From positions 1 through 60,614 of the forward strand of contig LVLI01000284.1 in the NCBI GenBank assembly GCA_001687465.1: a DNA stretch of 60,614 bases. The letters run 5' to 3'. The stretch's first letter is position 1, and the number at the start of each line of letters is the position of its first letter. Source of the DNA: Halocafeteria seosinensis. Lineage: Eukaryota. The notes beneath the pieces were generated by a model. The model searched no databases. It saw only the letters and a list, made by a program, of their open reading frames with translations, and was not told the origin of the DNA. This document shows, piece by piece, positions 23,816 through 35,486 of the stretch. Made by a program: the position numbers and the translations under genes.

Positions 23816-26800
23816 ATGCCGCAGCATTACAACTATAACGGAAATGTAAGACCGGCTTCGGCGCAGGTCGGCCGTCGAGCTGCATACAGCGGGGGAAGCG
23901 GTCGCACGACACCGCAACGATCTCCACCTCAACACCCGCATAATCCCCAACGCCCAAAATCGCATGCACGAGGAAGGAGCTATGAGCCGCAAAGCCAAGG
24001 GATCCTGTATCAGGGGTCCGACGGGGACAGCCACAGTGCTTCGTGGGCGGCGCAAAAAATTGCTTCAACCGCTTCCGGTGGAAGTCTGCAAGAGTACGCA
24101 TTCGGTGCTACATTGGGGAAGGGGACCTTTGGCAAGGTAAGCGAAGAAAAACACAAGTCTCTGAAAAGTTGAGTATGCACGTTGTAGTACTGCTGTGGAT
24201 GTGGCTGGCAGGTGAAACTCGGTAAACACCTCCTAACCAACGAACCGGTAGCTATCAAGATTTTGGAGAAGAGCCGGATTAAGGAGGTATGCACATCGTA
24301 GTACCCTGTTTCTACTTAGTGTGATACGGGAGAATTTGGTTTGCTCAGATTGCCGATGTCGAACGAGTGACGAGAGAGATTAAGATTCTTAAACGAGCAC
24401 GGCATGACAACGTGATCCAGCTGTTTGAAGTAATTGATGCAACTGATCAAATTTACCTGGTAATGGAGTATCTCGATGGTGGAGAGGTAAGATACTTTTT
24501 TGTAGTATTTGACGGGTAACTGTAAAACGCACCGGCGTAATGGATTGCAGCTCTTCGATTACATCGTTCGAAAGAAGCGTTTAACTGACCAGGAAGCCCG
24601 ACAATTCTTTCACGGTGTTCTGGATGGTCTTCACTATCTTCATGAAATGGGAGTTGTGGTAAGCATATATAGAGAAATCCGTCACTTATGTCTCAACTGA
24701 TCTGACCAATTTCCTCCAATGCAGCATCGCGATCTGAAACCGGAGAATATTTTATTGCAGCCAAAGGCAGGAGGAGGTCATAAAGTAAAAATAATTGACT
24801 TTGGTTTATCCAACTTGAGTAATGAGGGGAAAAGTTCCATTTTCAAAACGGCGTGTGGCTCCCCTTGTTACGCGGCTCCTGAAATGATATCCGGCAAGAA
24901 GTACTATGGGAGCAAAAGCGACATGTGGAGCTCTGGTGTCGTCTTGTTTGCTATGCTCGCGGGGTATGTTGATGATATCAATCGTTTGTCACGGACGAAT
25001 TCAGCTTTTATACTTCCAACAACAATTCTGCCACAGATACTTACCCTTCGAGGACAAAAACACAGGAGCTCTGTATGATAAGATTCTCAACTGCCGATAT
25101 CGAATTCCTGACTGGATAACTCCCACCGCGAGAGACTTGCTTACCAAGATCCTTCGCACTGACCCTGCCAAGAGAATTACCGCTGAAGAAGCCTTGCAGC
25201 ATCCATGGCTCCGCGAAGTAGGTACGCAGGTGCGGAAATACGGTCCTACGAGCAAAAATGAAATGCATGATGAGGTGATTCACCGCTGCCTGGAATTGGG
25301 GCTGAGTCATACATCACTTGTTGACTCAGTGTGTAGGAACGCACACAATCGGGCAACCACTACATATTTTCTGCTTGCTGGCCGAATGGAGAGAATGGGG
25401 GTTCTTACCCAAAAAGATACGAAGGGTATAGCTGACGATCAGCAACACGATCCAGAATCTGATGGTCAAACAGCAGGGGGGAGGAGATACGTTTCCCAAG
25501 GACGTCACACGCAAAGGGGTTTGCGGGCTGCATCTGCCTCTCCAAGAGCCAGAATGTATCGCGACGGGGAGCTCGAACGGCAACCGTCCCCGGAGAGTGG
25601 ATTGGAAACTCCAAGCGAATCGATGGATTCTGGCTCAGTTGCCAAACAAAACCAGGTTAATGAGCCCCGACAGAAACAAGGGCGGGGGATATCTGCATCG
25701 CCGCAAAGAAGGCAGTACAAAGAAGCGTACAAAAGGCCTTCAGATGAAGACACCAGTGTAGGAGACAGTTTATCAAGATGGAGGCCACAATCCTGCGAAA
25801 CTGCGGCGAGCCAGGAGCAAGAGGAGCATTACGTAAATGGTTCCTCTCCGATCGCCGGTTTGTTCAAGAAACTTGAAGTGACAACGACAAGTTCCCATGT
25901 TTCTGAAGACACTACCAGCGTACGGCGCAAGCAACCACCGAATAGGCGCGAGTGGATGAAGAGTCTCGCGACTGTTACATCCGTGAACATATCCATCCCT
26001 TCAAGCACTGCTCCATCATCAACGCATTCTCAAGCCACTACGAGCTTCAGAGAGCATGAGGGCGTGTATCGTACGTACGATAGTGTTCCAGACCCAGACA
26101 GTACGCCCAACCGTGCCTCGAAGGACGTGCGGGTTGCGGGAGTGACTCTCCCGGAATTCGGCGAAGACGATCAAGTCCATTATACCACTATTAGCGGTAA
26201 AAATAAGGCCGCGCTGCGCACCCAGGAAGCAGCCTTAACTGCAGCGTCTACGGCGGAGGCTGATAATCATGTGTCTGAGTCTGGTCGCATAGGTGCCGTC
26301 CCTACTCGTCCTGCTACAGCTCCGCACTCCAGGGTTGAACCGCGACCTCCTAGGAGTCAACCGGTTGTACCAAACCTGAGATTTGGTCAAAGGAAGATTG
26401 TGGATCCTTCAAATGGGGAAGGAACAGCCGTAGAAGAAAGAGAATCTGAGGAAGGAACTACCACTTCAGAGCAGTCTCAAGATGAAACTGATGAGGGCGG
26501 AGAACGAGTCCCACACAGCAAGATGAGTGGGAGGAAAGGTAGGCAAAAACGACGAGGACGCAGTAAAGGAATTCGGTTCCGCCCATCTTCCGCAAGACAT
26601 CCCGTTAGGACAGGTACCCAAGAGTCTCCTCGAACCAGTCGATCTGACTACAACAATACAGTCAAGGAGCAGGGACCCAGTGCCGGTGGGCCTCAGAATT
26701 TCAGTGCAGTGCGACATCGCGGGCGACAGTACAGAGTTAGTAACCACTCTAATAACGGGGCTTCGATCAGGCGGCCGAATACTGCCTCTTCTGAACCGTT

Positions 26801-27386
26801 CTATCATAAAGCGTACGAAATGTTGCACCGAGTCTACGGAAGTGGGTCGCCTAGGCGACCAAAATCTCCAAGTCCTCAGAAGAGTAGGCCCAAGCCGGCG
26901 AATAAGGATCCTGAACCGGATGGGGGGTCGTCTGCAGAAAACCTAGCAAACGATCCGCTTTCCATGGTGCCAACAACTGTTTCTGGGATTTCGACACTCA
27001 ACCAACCACGTTATCGCAGCGATACGAAATCTAGCAGCAGCAAAACACAGCGAGAGCATGAAGTTGTGCCATCGCGGGGTGGAAGCGAGCAAGCGCAGGG
27101 TCACATCCCGGCATTTGCTTCTGTAGGGGTAAACTACAACTCCAATAAAGTACAGAACATTACGATATCCATATCGGCGAATGACAGAAACGACCACTCA
27201 GCAGGCGCTGGCCAAGGTGGCTCGGGAAATGAAATAGTTGACGGATTCAAAGGACATGTTCGACTGCTGAACAATCCGCGATCACCACGATTTCCCAGCC
27301 CTCGCCCGACTTCAAAAATTGGCATCGTGCGTAACACCATGCGTCCTAGTACCGCAACCGTTCGAACACGACGGCCTCATCAATAA
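23816..27386 (+). CDS. SNF1/AMPK-family (CAMKL) kinase with long disordered C-terminus, 6 exons
   Basis: GKGTFGKV, VAIKILEK, REIKILK, HRDLKPEN, DFG, KTACGSPCYAAPE; UBA-like HNRATTTYFLL. Confidence 0.9.
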
Positions 27387-27634
27387 GTACGCTTATTCGT
27401 CATAATCTGAATCTACTCGATTGTAATACACACACAACTCCAAAGGCGACGTTTTTGAACAGAATTCTTCCTTGTTCACGTACCGTGCTGTAGTTGCTTC
27501 GCGTCGGCCTCATCAATAAGTACGCTTATTCGTCATAATCTGAATCTACTCGATTGTAATACACACACAACTCCAAAGGCGACGTTTTTGAACAGAATTC
27601 TTCCTTGTTCACGTACCGTACTGTAGTTGCTTCG
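27372..27634. repeat. Tandem duplication of 130 nt (period 133) spanning the kinase stop codon and 3' UTR
   Basis: 27372-27501 and 27505-27634 are identical except one base (gtgctg vs gtactg). Confidence 0.95.
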
Positions 27635-27843
27635 GCTTCGCGAAGCAGTTTTGAACATGTCAAACATTTCGTCGACTTTGAACTTCTTTCGAAGATTCGA
27701 ACCCCAAAAGGCCATCTACTTTGGGGTCGTTTTTCACAGCTTTCCCGCTATTATTTCCTTGAATTTTTTCCGTTGGCGTGTAGTAGAGTGTTTGGAGTAT
27801 ATAGGTTGGTGGCTGAATTGGCCGTGAAGGGACGTGAATAGCC

Positions 27844-29419
27844 ATGTTATGCTCGTTGAAAAAACTTCGATTGGGGGTGCCCGCCACATTCAAAACGACA
27901 CCTTCCAAGTCCGTATTACAGGCATACACGAGCTCGACGAGGCCCGCTGTCTGGGGAACACTACCACAGAGTGCCGTTGGATACGCCAGTGTCGCTCGAT
28001 ATGGCGCAGGAGCTGAACAGAAGGGGGAAAATGGCAGATATGGGAGCTCACTTTTGACTTTTTTAGGTGGTCTTGCCGCCATAATGGGCTATTCTCAGGC
28101 CCATTGCAAGGAGGAGGAGCACCATAATCATCATAATACTAGCACGAACTCATCTCCAACGAACGGTGAAAATGGAGTGGATCGAATGCCCGACATGATG
28201 CTCTTTAGCGGAAATGCCAACCCGGAATTGGCAGGCGAAATCGCCTCCATGCTTCGAAAACAGCTAGGAGATATTCATGTGTCCCGATTTGCTGACGGAG
28301 AGGTTAATGTAGCTGTCGGCGAAAATGTCCGTGGAAAGGACGTGTTTATCATACAGCCCACGTGCACTCCCGTCAACGAGCACCTCATGGAATTACTGCT
28401 CATGGTATCGACGTTTCGAAGAGCTTCGGCCGATAAAATTACAGCAGTCATTCCTTACTACGGATACGCCCGCCAGGACCGCAAAATGACGGCCAGAGTG
28501 CCCATAAGTGCGGCCGACTGTGCTCGCCTCCTGGAAGCCATGGGTGTGGATCGAGTTGTGGCAGTCGATCTGCATTGCGGACAGATACAGGTATGTCTGG
28601 TCTCCTTTTCTTCTTGTATGATTCATCTCCCTCACTACCCTACTGTTTACACGTTTCATTGCACACAGGGTTTCTTTGGACCTCGAGTTCCTGTGGATAA
28701 CCTCGACGGTGGCACCGTAGGTGTCTCGTACTTTTCACAAAAGAAGCTCGTGAATCCGGTCATCGTCTCTCCTGATGCCGGTGGAGTCTATCGAGCAAAA
28801 CAGTTCAGAGAAGGGTAAGTGGCTTGGGTGACTATCATAGGGCAAGTCTTCTACGTATATTAACAGCTTCCATCTCCTGTTCCCTTTATCAGCCTCAATC
28901 AAGTAGCGAATGTGGATGCGGGCCTCGCCATGATTATCAAACAGAGGCCGAAAGCCGGTCAAATTGAGCGTATGGATCTCGTAGGCTCTGTGGAAGGCTC
29001 CGACTGCATTATTGTAGATGACATGATAGATACAGCAGGTGAGAATTGAATTGCATTTCCCCGTCTACTTTGAATACCCTCTTAACTGTTTTGTTGACAT
29101 TACAGGTACCCTGTGTAGCGCCGCCGATATGCTCAAGGCTCATGGCGCACGCAATGTGTACACCTACGCATCGCACGGTTTGTTCTCTGGGCCTGCCAAT
29201 GAGCGAATCATGCGAAGTGCTCTTGAGGAGGTTGTGGTTGTGAACACTATCCCTCTCAATACAGCTGCGCGCACAAATCCTAAGATAAAGCAACTCTCCA
29301 TCGCCCAGTTATTGGCAGAGTCCATCCGAAGAGTCCATACGAAGCAGTCGGTATCTGCTCTCTTCAAAGAGAAACCTCGGAGCGACTGGCACTCCACTCA
29401 AGCCAAGATTGTAGACTGA
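27844..29419 (+). CDS. PRPS: Ribose-phosphate pyrophosphokinase (class I PRPS) with N-terminal targeting extension, 4 exons
   Basis: [52 protein letters not shown]; exons 27844-28590, 28669-28814, 28893-29038, 29106-29419. Confidence 0.95.
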
Positions 29420-30238
29420 GAATGTCACATAGTGTGGACAGGGAAAGCTGAATGGGATCTGTACCAGTCAATCCATCCCATCCGTAATAATGAAGCTTCC
29501 TCGCCAATCTGGAATCATCTCAGGAGCAGCGTAGTAGTTTTTGGTAGTAATTGCCTCGTTCACAGGAATATGACCATCCCTTCTACTTCTCCTCCAAGCT
29601 AAGAATATCGTACCGATTCTCTCGTGGTTTACCACAGTCTTGAGTTGTGGCCGGTTTAAGTGTGCAGACGTTGCGACGCCGAGTCAGCGTAGTTTGGTGC
29701 TGGTGCACTTCAGCAGTTGTTGAAGATCCCGCTTGCAACCGTGATATACAACACGTCATAGAGCAAGTATTGACGCAAGCAAGGGTGGTTGAGACAGACA
29801 CGTATGACAGGTAGCTGATCCATGTAGAAACGCGCGCTGGGATCAGCGCGTTTGTGCTGAACGCGTGTGTGGCGAATAAGGGAATCTTGGAGGATCGCTT
29901 CAACCTTCGCGCCAGTTTTCCATTCTCCCACTATTGCCACAGACATCAAAGGTCCGAGTGCGTCGCACGAGGCAGGCAGGAGCACTCCGTTACGGCGAAT
30001 GTAGTGAGGAACGAATTGCAGAGCTTGGGGTGAAGACGCGCGTCATTTTTCCCTGCATATACGGACGAAACCGGCAAAGTGTGAGTCAACCTTGACTCAA
30101 CGGAGACGAAAACTTACAGGGCAGGAATTCTGTTGCCCTAAGAAAAAGAAGTTGGAAACGCTGGACGCAAATTCCTGACCTCATTGAAAGAGTGCGTTTT
30201 CTCGGATTTAGTGCCGTTCATTCTCCTTGATCCCAGTC

Positions 30239-31451
30239 ATGGTGGGCACTACCAACCAAACAATTGACTTCATCTCCGGAGGGATTGCGGGTGCATGTGC
30301 GATAGCCGTATCGCAACCATTGGATTATGCGCGAGTAATCCTGGCGACCCAGCGTTCCAAAGTTTATCAAACACTGTTGGCTAGTGGTGAGCATATTTCA
30401 ATATCTCGGCTACTCACAAATTCTATTCAGCAGTTTGGAATAAAGAAGTTGTTTCGAGGAATGAGCCTACCCGTTTGCGCTCAAGTGACCAGAGGCTCGC
30501 TTGGGTTCTTAGTGTTTGGAACCATTAACCGCTGGTTTAAGCGGGGAGATCCCGGTACACACAAGGGCCACTCACATTCCAAACAGAACCTTAAGCATTC
30601 GTTGCTCTCGGGGACGGCTGCGGGAATATTAACTTGTCTCACCTTGCATCCTACTGAGAGGATTAAGGTGCTCATGCAAGTACGTATGAGGGACGCGCGA
30701 GAATACTCTGTTGTGTGGACGGTACTATTGGTTACACGAGTATTGCTGATATGCAGGTCTCCAACAGTTCGACCAAGAACACAAGGGCTCTGACGACTTT
30801 TGCCCAGGTCTATCGGCAACTCGGAATCCTAGGTCTTTTTCGAGGGTTTACCGCTGTATTCCCTATGGATATCATCTCCGGTGCTCTTTACTTTGGTGGT
30901 AATGATATCCTCAAGGCCGAAATGGGTAGGAATCAAGGGAAAGAGTCTAACGCCCTTAACGTCCCAACTCTCATGTTTTGTGGGATTACTTGTGGAATGC
31001 TTAGCTGGATCGTAAGTATCCTATTGGGTTGCATAGTGCCAAAGAATTCCGCGCAATTTGTATCTATACGTCGCAGGCCATATACCCCTTGGATATTATT
31101 CGTAATCGGTAAGTCTCCGGTTTGTTATACGGATAGACGAGCCGGAAGCAGCCCTTTTACTGTGCATCTGTTACTTACTTCAGAATGATGGCGTCACAGG
31201 ACCACAAAGTGTCCTTTCTCAAGACTGCTAGAGAAATATTCCACGCGAATGGACTAAGAGGTTTTTACCGAGGGCTAGCGCCAACGCTACTGCGGGTACT
31301 TCCGCACGACGCCGTACTGTTTACTGTGTATGGACTTATATCAAGAAACCTGAAGATGCTAACTGAGGAACCTTCCGTCAAGATTCCTTTGGCTGATGAT
31401 CCGAGAAATCCAGCCCAAATCGCACAGGAATTCGAGGCTTCTGCTGTTTGA
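30239..31451 (+). CDS. Mitochondrial carrier (SLC25 family), 4 exons
   Basis: Three Px(D/E)xx(K/R) motifs (PLDYAR, PTERIK, PLDIIR) and (L/F)(F/Y)RG motifs; substrate not determinable. Confidence 0.9.
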
Positions 31452-32320
31452 TGGACGCTGCAAGAGTTTCGGGCTGCCTACCCAAGCAGTAGCCGGTTAA
31501 AATATCTTGGATGCCCCTCATGAATAAACCGATGGAAACGATTCCAAGAATCGGTCGCTTCGAATCTGGTGAGTAAGATAGGATCATCTGCACCTCAACC
31601 TAGGCACACTTCGAGCAGATTCGGAATGGGGCGATGATTTCGGGGAATGGAAGCTGATTACCGGTATTTAGCATAGTAATAGGAAGGTATATGCACGTAT
31701 CGCGGTCCTAGATTCTTGTTTTCGAAAGTTAGCTACTCATTCCAATTTTCCTAGGGCAAAGATGTCAGTTGTCATCGTCTATCAGGCGTGATCACAGGCG
31801 CCCCGCGCCTTACAGGTATTCATGCGCATTTTCCCATGTTTGCTGATTTGTTTCCACTCCATGAGACTTTCGTAAATGTATCTGCTTTGAGACATTGTAC
31901 CGATGCCGGCATTTTGTATTTCTCTCTTTTCGAATGTTGTACAAGTGTACCTGTGTCTCCGGTGGGTGTGTTCTTTTCTACCACGCGTAGAGGGTTTGCT
32001 CTGCGACTCATCGGTGCTTCGACACGAAGCTCGTCGTTGAGTCGTCGAAGCGGCAAATGTCTCACAAAAGATTGTCTTCTCTTACCATCACGCGACCGAG
32101 GCCACAGTGGCACAGTGTTTACAGGCCGGTTTAATAAGGTTCCAGTTGCCCTGTTGTGAAGTCGTGTAGCTCATTAAATGCAACTTTGTTTGTAGATTCA
32201 TAGAAACTCAACGCTGAGTGGAAAGACTGAGTGCGTATTGCATAGGAGAGCACCAAAGTTGTTGCAACCTCAAACGTCAACCTCGACGTTCTTTCCGTTA
32301 ACCCGTTTTCACGCGATACG

Positions 32321-34665
32321 ATGGCTTCCAATACGATAGAAGGAACCGAGAGGATAAGCGCGCGTGCGCCGCCGCCTGGGACGACCCGATCGGACCATGA
32401 GAAAGAGGTCCCTGAGACGGAAATGGTCGAAAATGGGGCTGCAGCATGCAGCGGATCGTCCTCTATGGAGCAAGTTCAGCGCCAACAAGCCAATGTCTTG
32501 GACCAACTGAAGCGTCGTCGTCTGCGCGAGTTGGAGAAAAAGTTTGTCAATGAAAATGGACTGCCGGTGATGACGCCCGAACGAATACTAGGTAAGTGTC
32601 GCTCAACGTCAAGTATCCTCCAATTTGAAAAATTTGGAATTGGAAGAAGTATATGGCGTGCACCTCATAAATAACAAGAGTTGTTAACTTTTATTTGTAC
32701 GCAGCGTCTTGCATCAGAAATGGTGGGTACGAAACACCCAACCTGAATGAGAAACTGTACTTGCATTACGAAGGATTCCGCAGAATCGAACATTTGGAAC
32801 CCTATTATGATGTCAAAGCTTTATGGTTAGAAAGTAATGCAATCAGCCAGATCTCGGGTTTAGAACAGTGCAGAGAGCTGCGAAGCTTGTTTCTGCAAAA
32901 CAACTTGATTGCCAAGATCGAAAACTTGGATAATCAAATTGAATTGAGAACTTTGGATCTGAGTGGCAACCGGATTACTAAGTTAGAAAACTTATCGCAC
33001 CTTCCCTATTTAACAACTCTCACAATAGGGAAAAACGCCCTCAAAGACGCTGAAAGTATTGAGGAACTGACCCAATGTCCCTCCATTTCGAACCTTGACC
33101 TCAGCGGGAATGCGCTGGATGATGAGGCCGTCATAGAGGTTCTGCAACGGATGCCGAAATTAGCCGTTTTAGATCTCCGAGGAAACCCGCTTGTGCGGTC
33201 GATGAAGCATTACCGGAAGAATATTTTAACGCGACTTCCAGCTCTTACGTATCTAGACGATCGCCCTGTCTTTGAATCCGAGCGAATCGCCGTGGATGCA
33301 TGGGCAGTTGGCGGCCGTGAAGCAGAAGCGGAGGCAAAACGGAAACACAGAGAGGATCTAAGGGAAAAAGAAAGAGCTCGCTCTGAGCGTTTTCGTCAAT
33401 GGCAGCAGGAAGTCCGTGAAGAACGTGCCCGTCGTCTGGAGGAACACAACGCGGAGTTGCGATCGCGAGGAGAGGAAGAAGTATCAGTTCTTCCCACTCG
33501 TAGCCGTGTGAGTTATACACGTGCATCTGGACGCGGCGCTAGTGCTGCCCAAAGGGCGGCTGAGCGGATTGAAAACGCTTCGAGGAATGGAGAACCTGTG
33601 TCGGATCAGTACGTCAAGCAAGTAGCACGTGAGTTTGTTTCAGAGTCCGATGAGCCAGAGACTGTACAAGATCCTGGCACAACTGAGAGCATCGATGGTG
33701 AAACTGACGCCTCAGCAAATCAAACTGACTCAGATGCGGAGGAAGAAGTCGGAGATAACGACACCGGCGAACATGGTGGCACACCTGGTGCGCCCACAGA
33801 GCCTACCCAATCGGAACCGAATAGCTATGCGGGGAGTGGCTCTCCCAACGAACAGGGATGCAAGGAAGAAGCACAACGTGAAGAAGCGTCGAGTGTAGGT
33901 GAGGAAGTTAAGAATGATGACGAAGAAGACGCGGTTGCACGCTCGATAGAGATGTATTCACGTCGTAAGAATCAAAGGCGGGTTCCAACTCAAGCGGAAA
34001 AAGATGCTCAAGCAAGTTATGAAAGAGCTGCCGTTGCAAGAACGCAGAGACAGCGGACCCTACAAGATGGTCAATTCACTGCCACATTCGGAGGGGTCAG
34101 GCAGCTTTCAAGTAAACCGGACGTATGGAGCAACTCTATGGATTCAATATTGGAGCAGCTATTAAAAAAGACGCAGTTTGACTTCGCTAAAAGCAGTCGA
34201 GCTCTCAAAGAAGCTATACGTCGAAACAGAGCTTCCGCTCCGGAGGAAAGTCCGTCTTTTACCCTGGACTCCATAACTGAGGAAGAGTGTCGACTGAGAT
34301 GGGCAGACATTAGCGAAAGGCAATTCGCCGAAGCCGCACAGGAGGACACTTCGTATGAAAGAGGAGCAACTAATGAAAACGTGAAGCCAATTTCGGATCT
34401 GTTACCAGGCAGGTTTGAGCTGGCCTGTTTTAAGGAATATGTCAAAGTGGACCCCTCACGTCTGCCTTCAATGCCAGCATCTCGCACGGAAGATAAAACA
34501 GGTAACGATGGAAATGTCGCAGAGAGTGGTGACTCCGAATCGGATGGTGAAATTACCCCGATGACCCGGGAAGAGCTTCGAGANTGGGCTAAGAGGCAGG
34601 TACTAGAAGAGACTGTGGATGGCTCATCTCCGAGCGAGAAGACCAACGTGAACACTGTAGACTAG
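32321..34665 (+). CDS. DNAAF1: Dynein axonemal assembly factor 1 (ODA7/LRRC50), LRR protein, 2 exons
   Basis: [27 protein letters not shown]22-type LRRs, YRK...[18 protein letters not shown]; one N at 34584. Confidence 0.9.
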
Positions 34666-35045
34666 GCCTCCCTTCACAGGTGTTGTACTGTGTAGGTCAA
34701 AAAATAAAACGATTACTGATTACAATTACCAACTCTCGGAAATGGCTCGCGCGTCAACTCATGAAGCCTCGGTGTAGAGTTCAGTACGTACGTTATGTAT
34801 GATTGGAGTCCTGAGGTTAGCCAACGCTCATACGAGACTCCACCTCAAATGCGCTTGGGACTGTGGAGGACTGGTTGGTTGGGGAGGACCCTTCACGCTT
34901 TTTCATGTAAAACTTTACCAGATATCGTTGTTTGCTTGCTCGCAACAGTTCTCTCATTGATTTTGGCCTAATAGAGAAAAGGAAGCAACTGAAAATGGAT
35001 ACAGAGTCTACAGCCAAAACGTCTCTGGCCGTTCCCCGGCGAAAA

Positions 35046-35132
35046 ATGCTCACCGCTCCTTTGCTTGTGTCCCTTTGCTGCTGTCTATTGGCCAATAATG
35101 CAGCGGCAACGGACTTACGATCAGCGATTCTG
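35046..35132 (+). pseudogene. Relic of the 5' end (signal peptide plus mature N-terminus) of a GLUG-family gene
   Basis: MLTAPLLVSLCCCLLANNAAATDLRSAIL vs paralog 4 MLTPLFF...ATATDLRLSIL; gcagcggcaacggacttacg vs gcaacggcaacagacttacg; homology stops after IL. Confidence 0.65.
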
Positions 35133-35486
35133 CTTTCACTACAGTTTTGCATCAAACGTTGTTTTACAGATGAACTGTACGACTACTGTACGTGTTCCTC
35201 CCTGGATAGGTGGGATCGACGCTAAATCCACAACACACAAACAAACAAACAAAATATCCTGATTTCAAGTTATCCTAGTACACATTCCTAACATCACCGG
35301 AATTACCGGGATCGTTTGCGATTGACTTCGCCACGAAGTTCGTGGCCATTTTGTTGAAGTTAGGATCCGGGCGAACGGCCCGGATCCCGAACGGCCGTTA
35401 ACTTGAATCTGGGGATATATGGAGGCGATTTAAAGGGTTTCTAGGTGCATATTGACGATATTTCAAGCGGTGGAGAGGAAAGAGCG

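Noticed and set aside
29460..30046. Possible small minus-strand gene between PRPS and the carrier
   Set aside because: Could not build a consistent spliced frame; there is an in-frame TGA and no recognisable domain
31500..32300. Short ORFs between the carrier and DNAAF1
   Set aside because: No motif or convincing exon chain; a gene cannot be excluded
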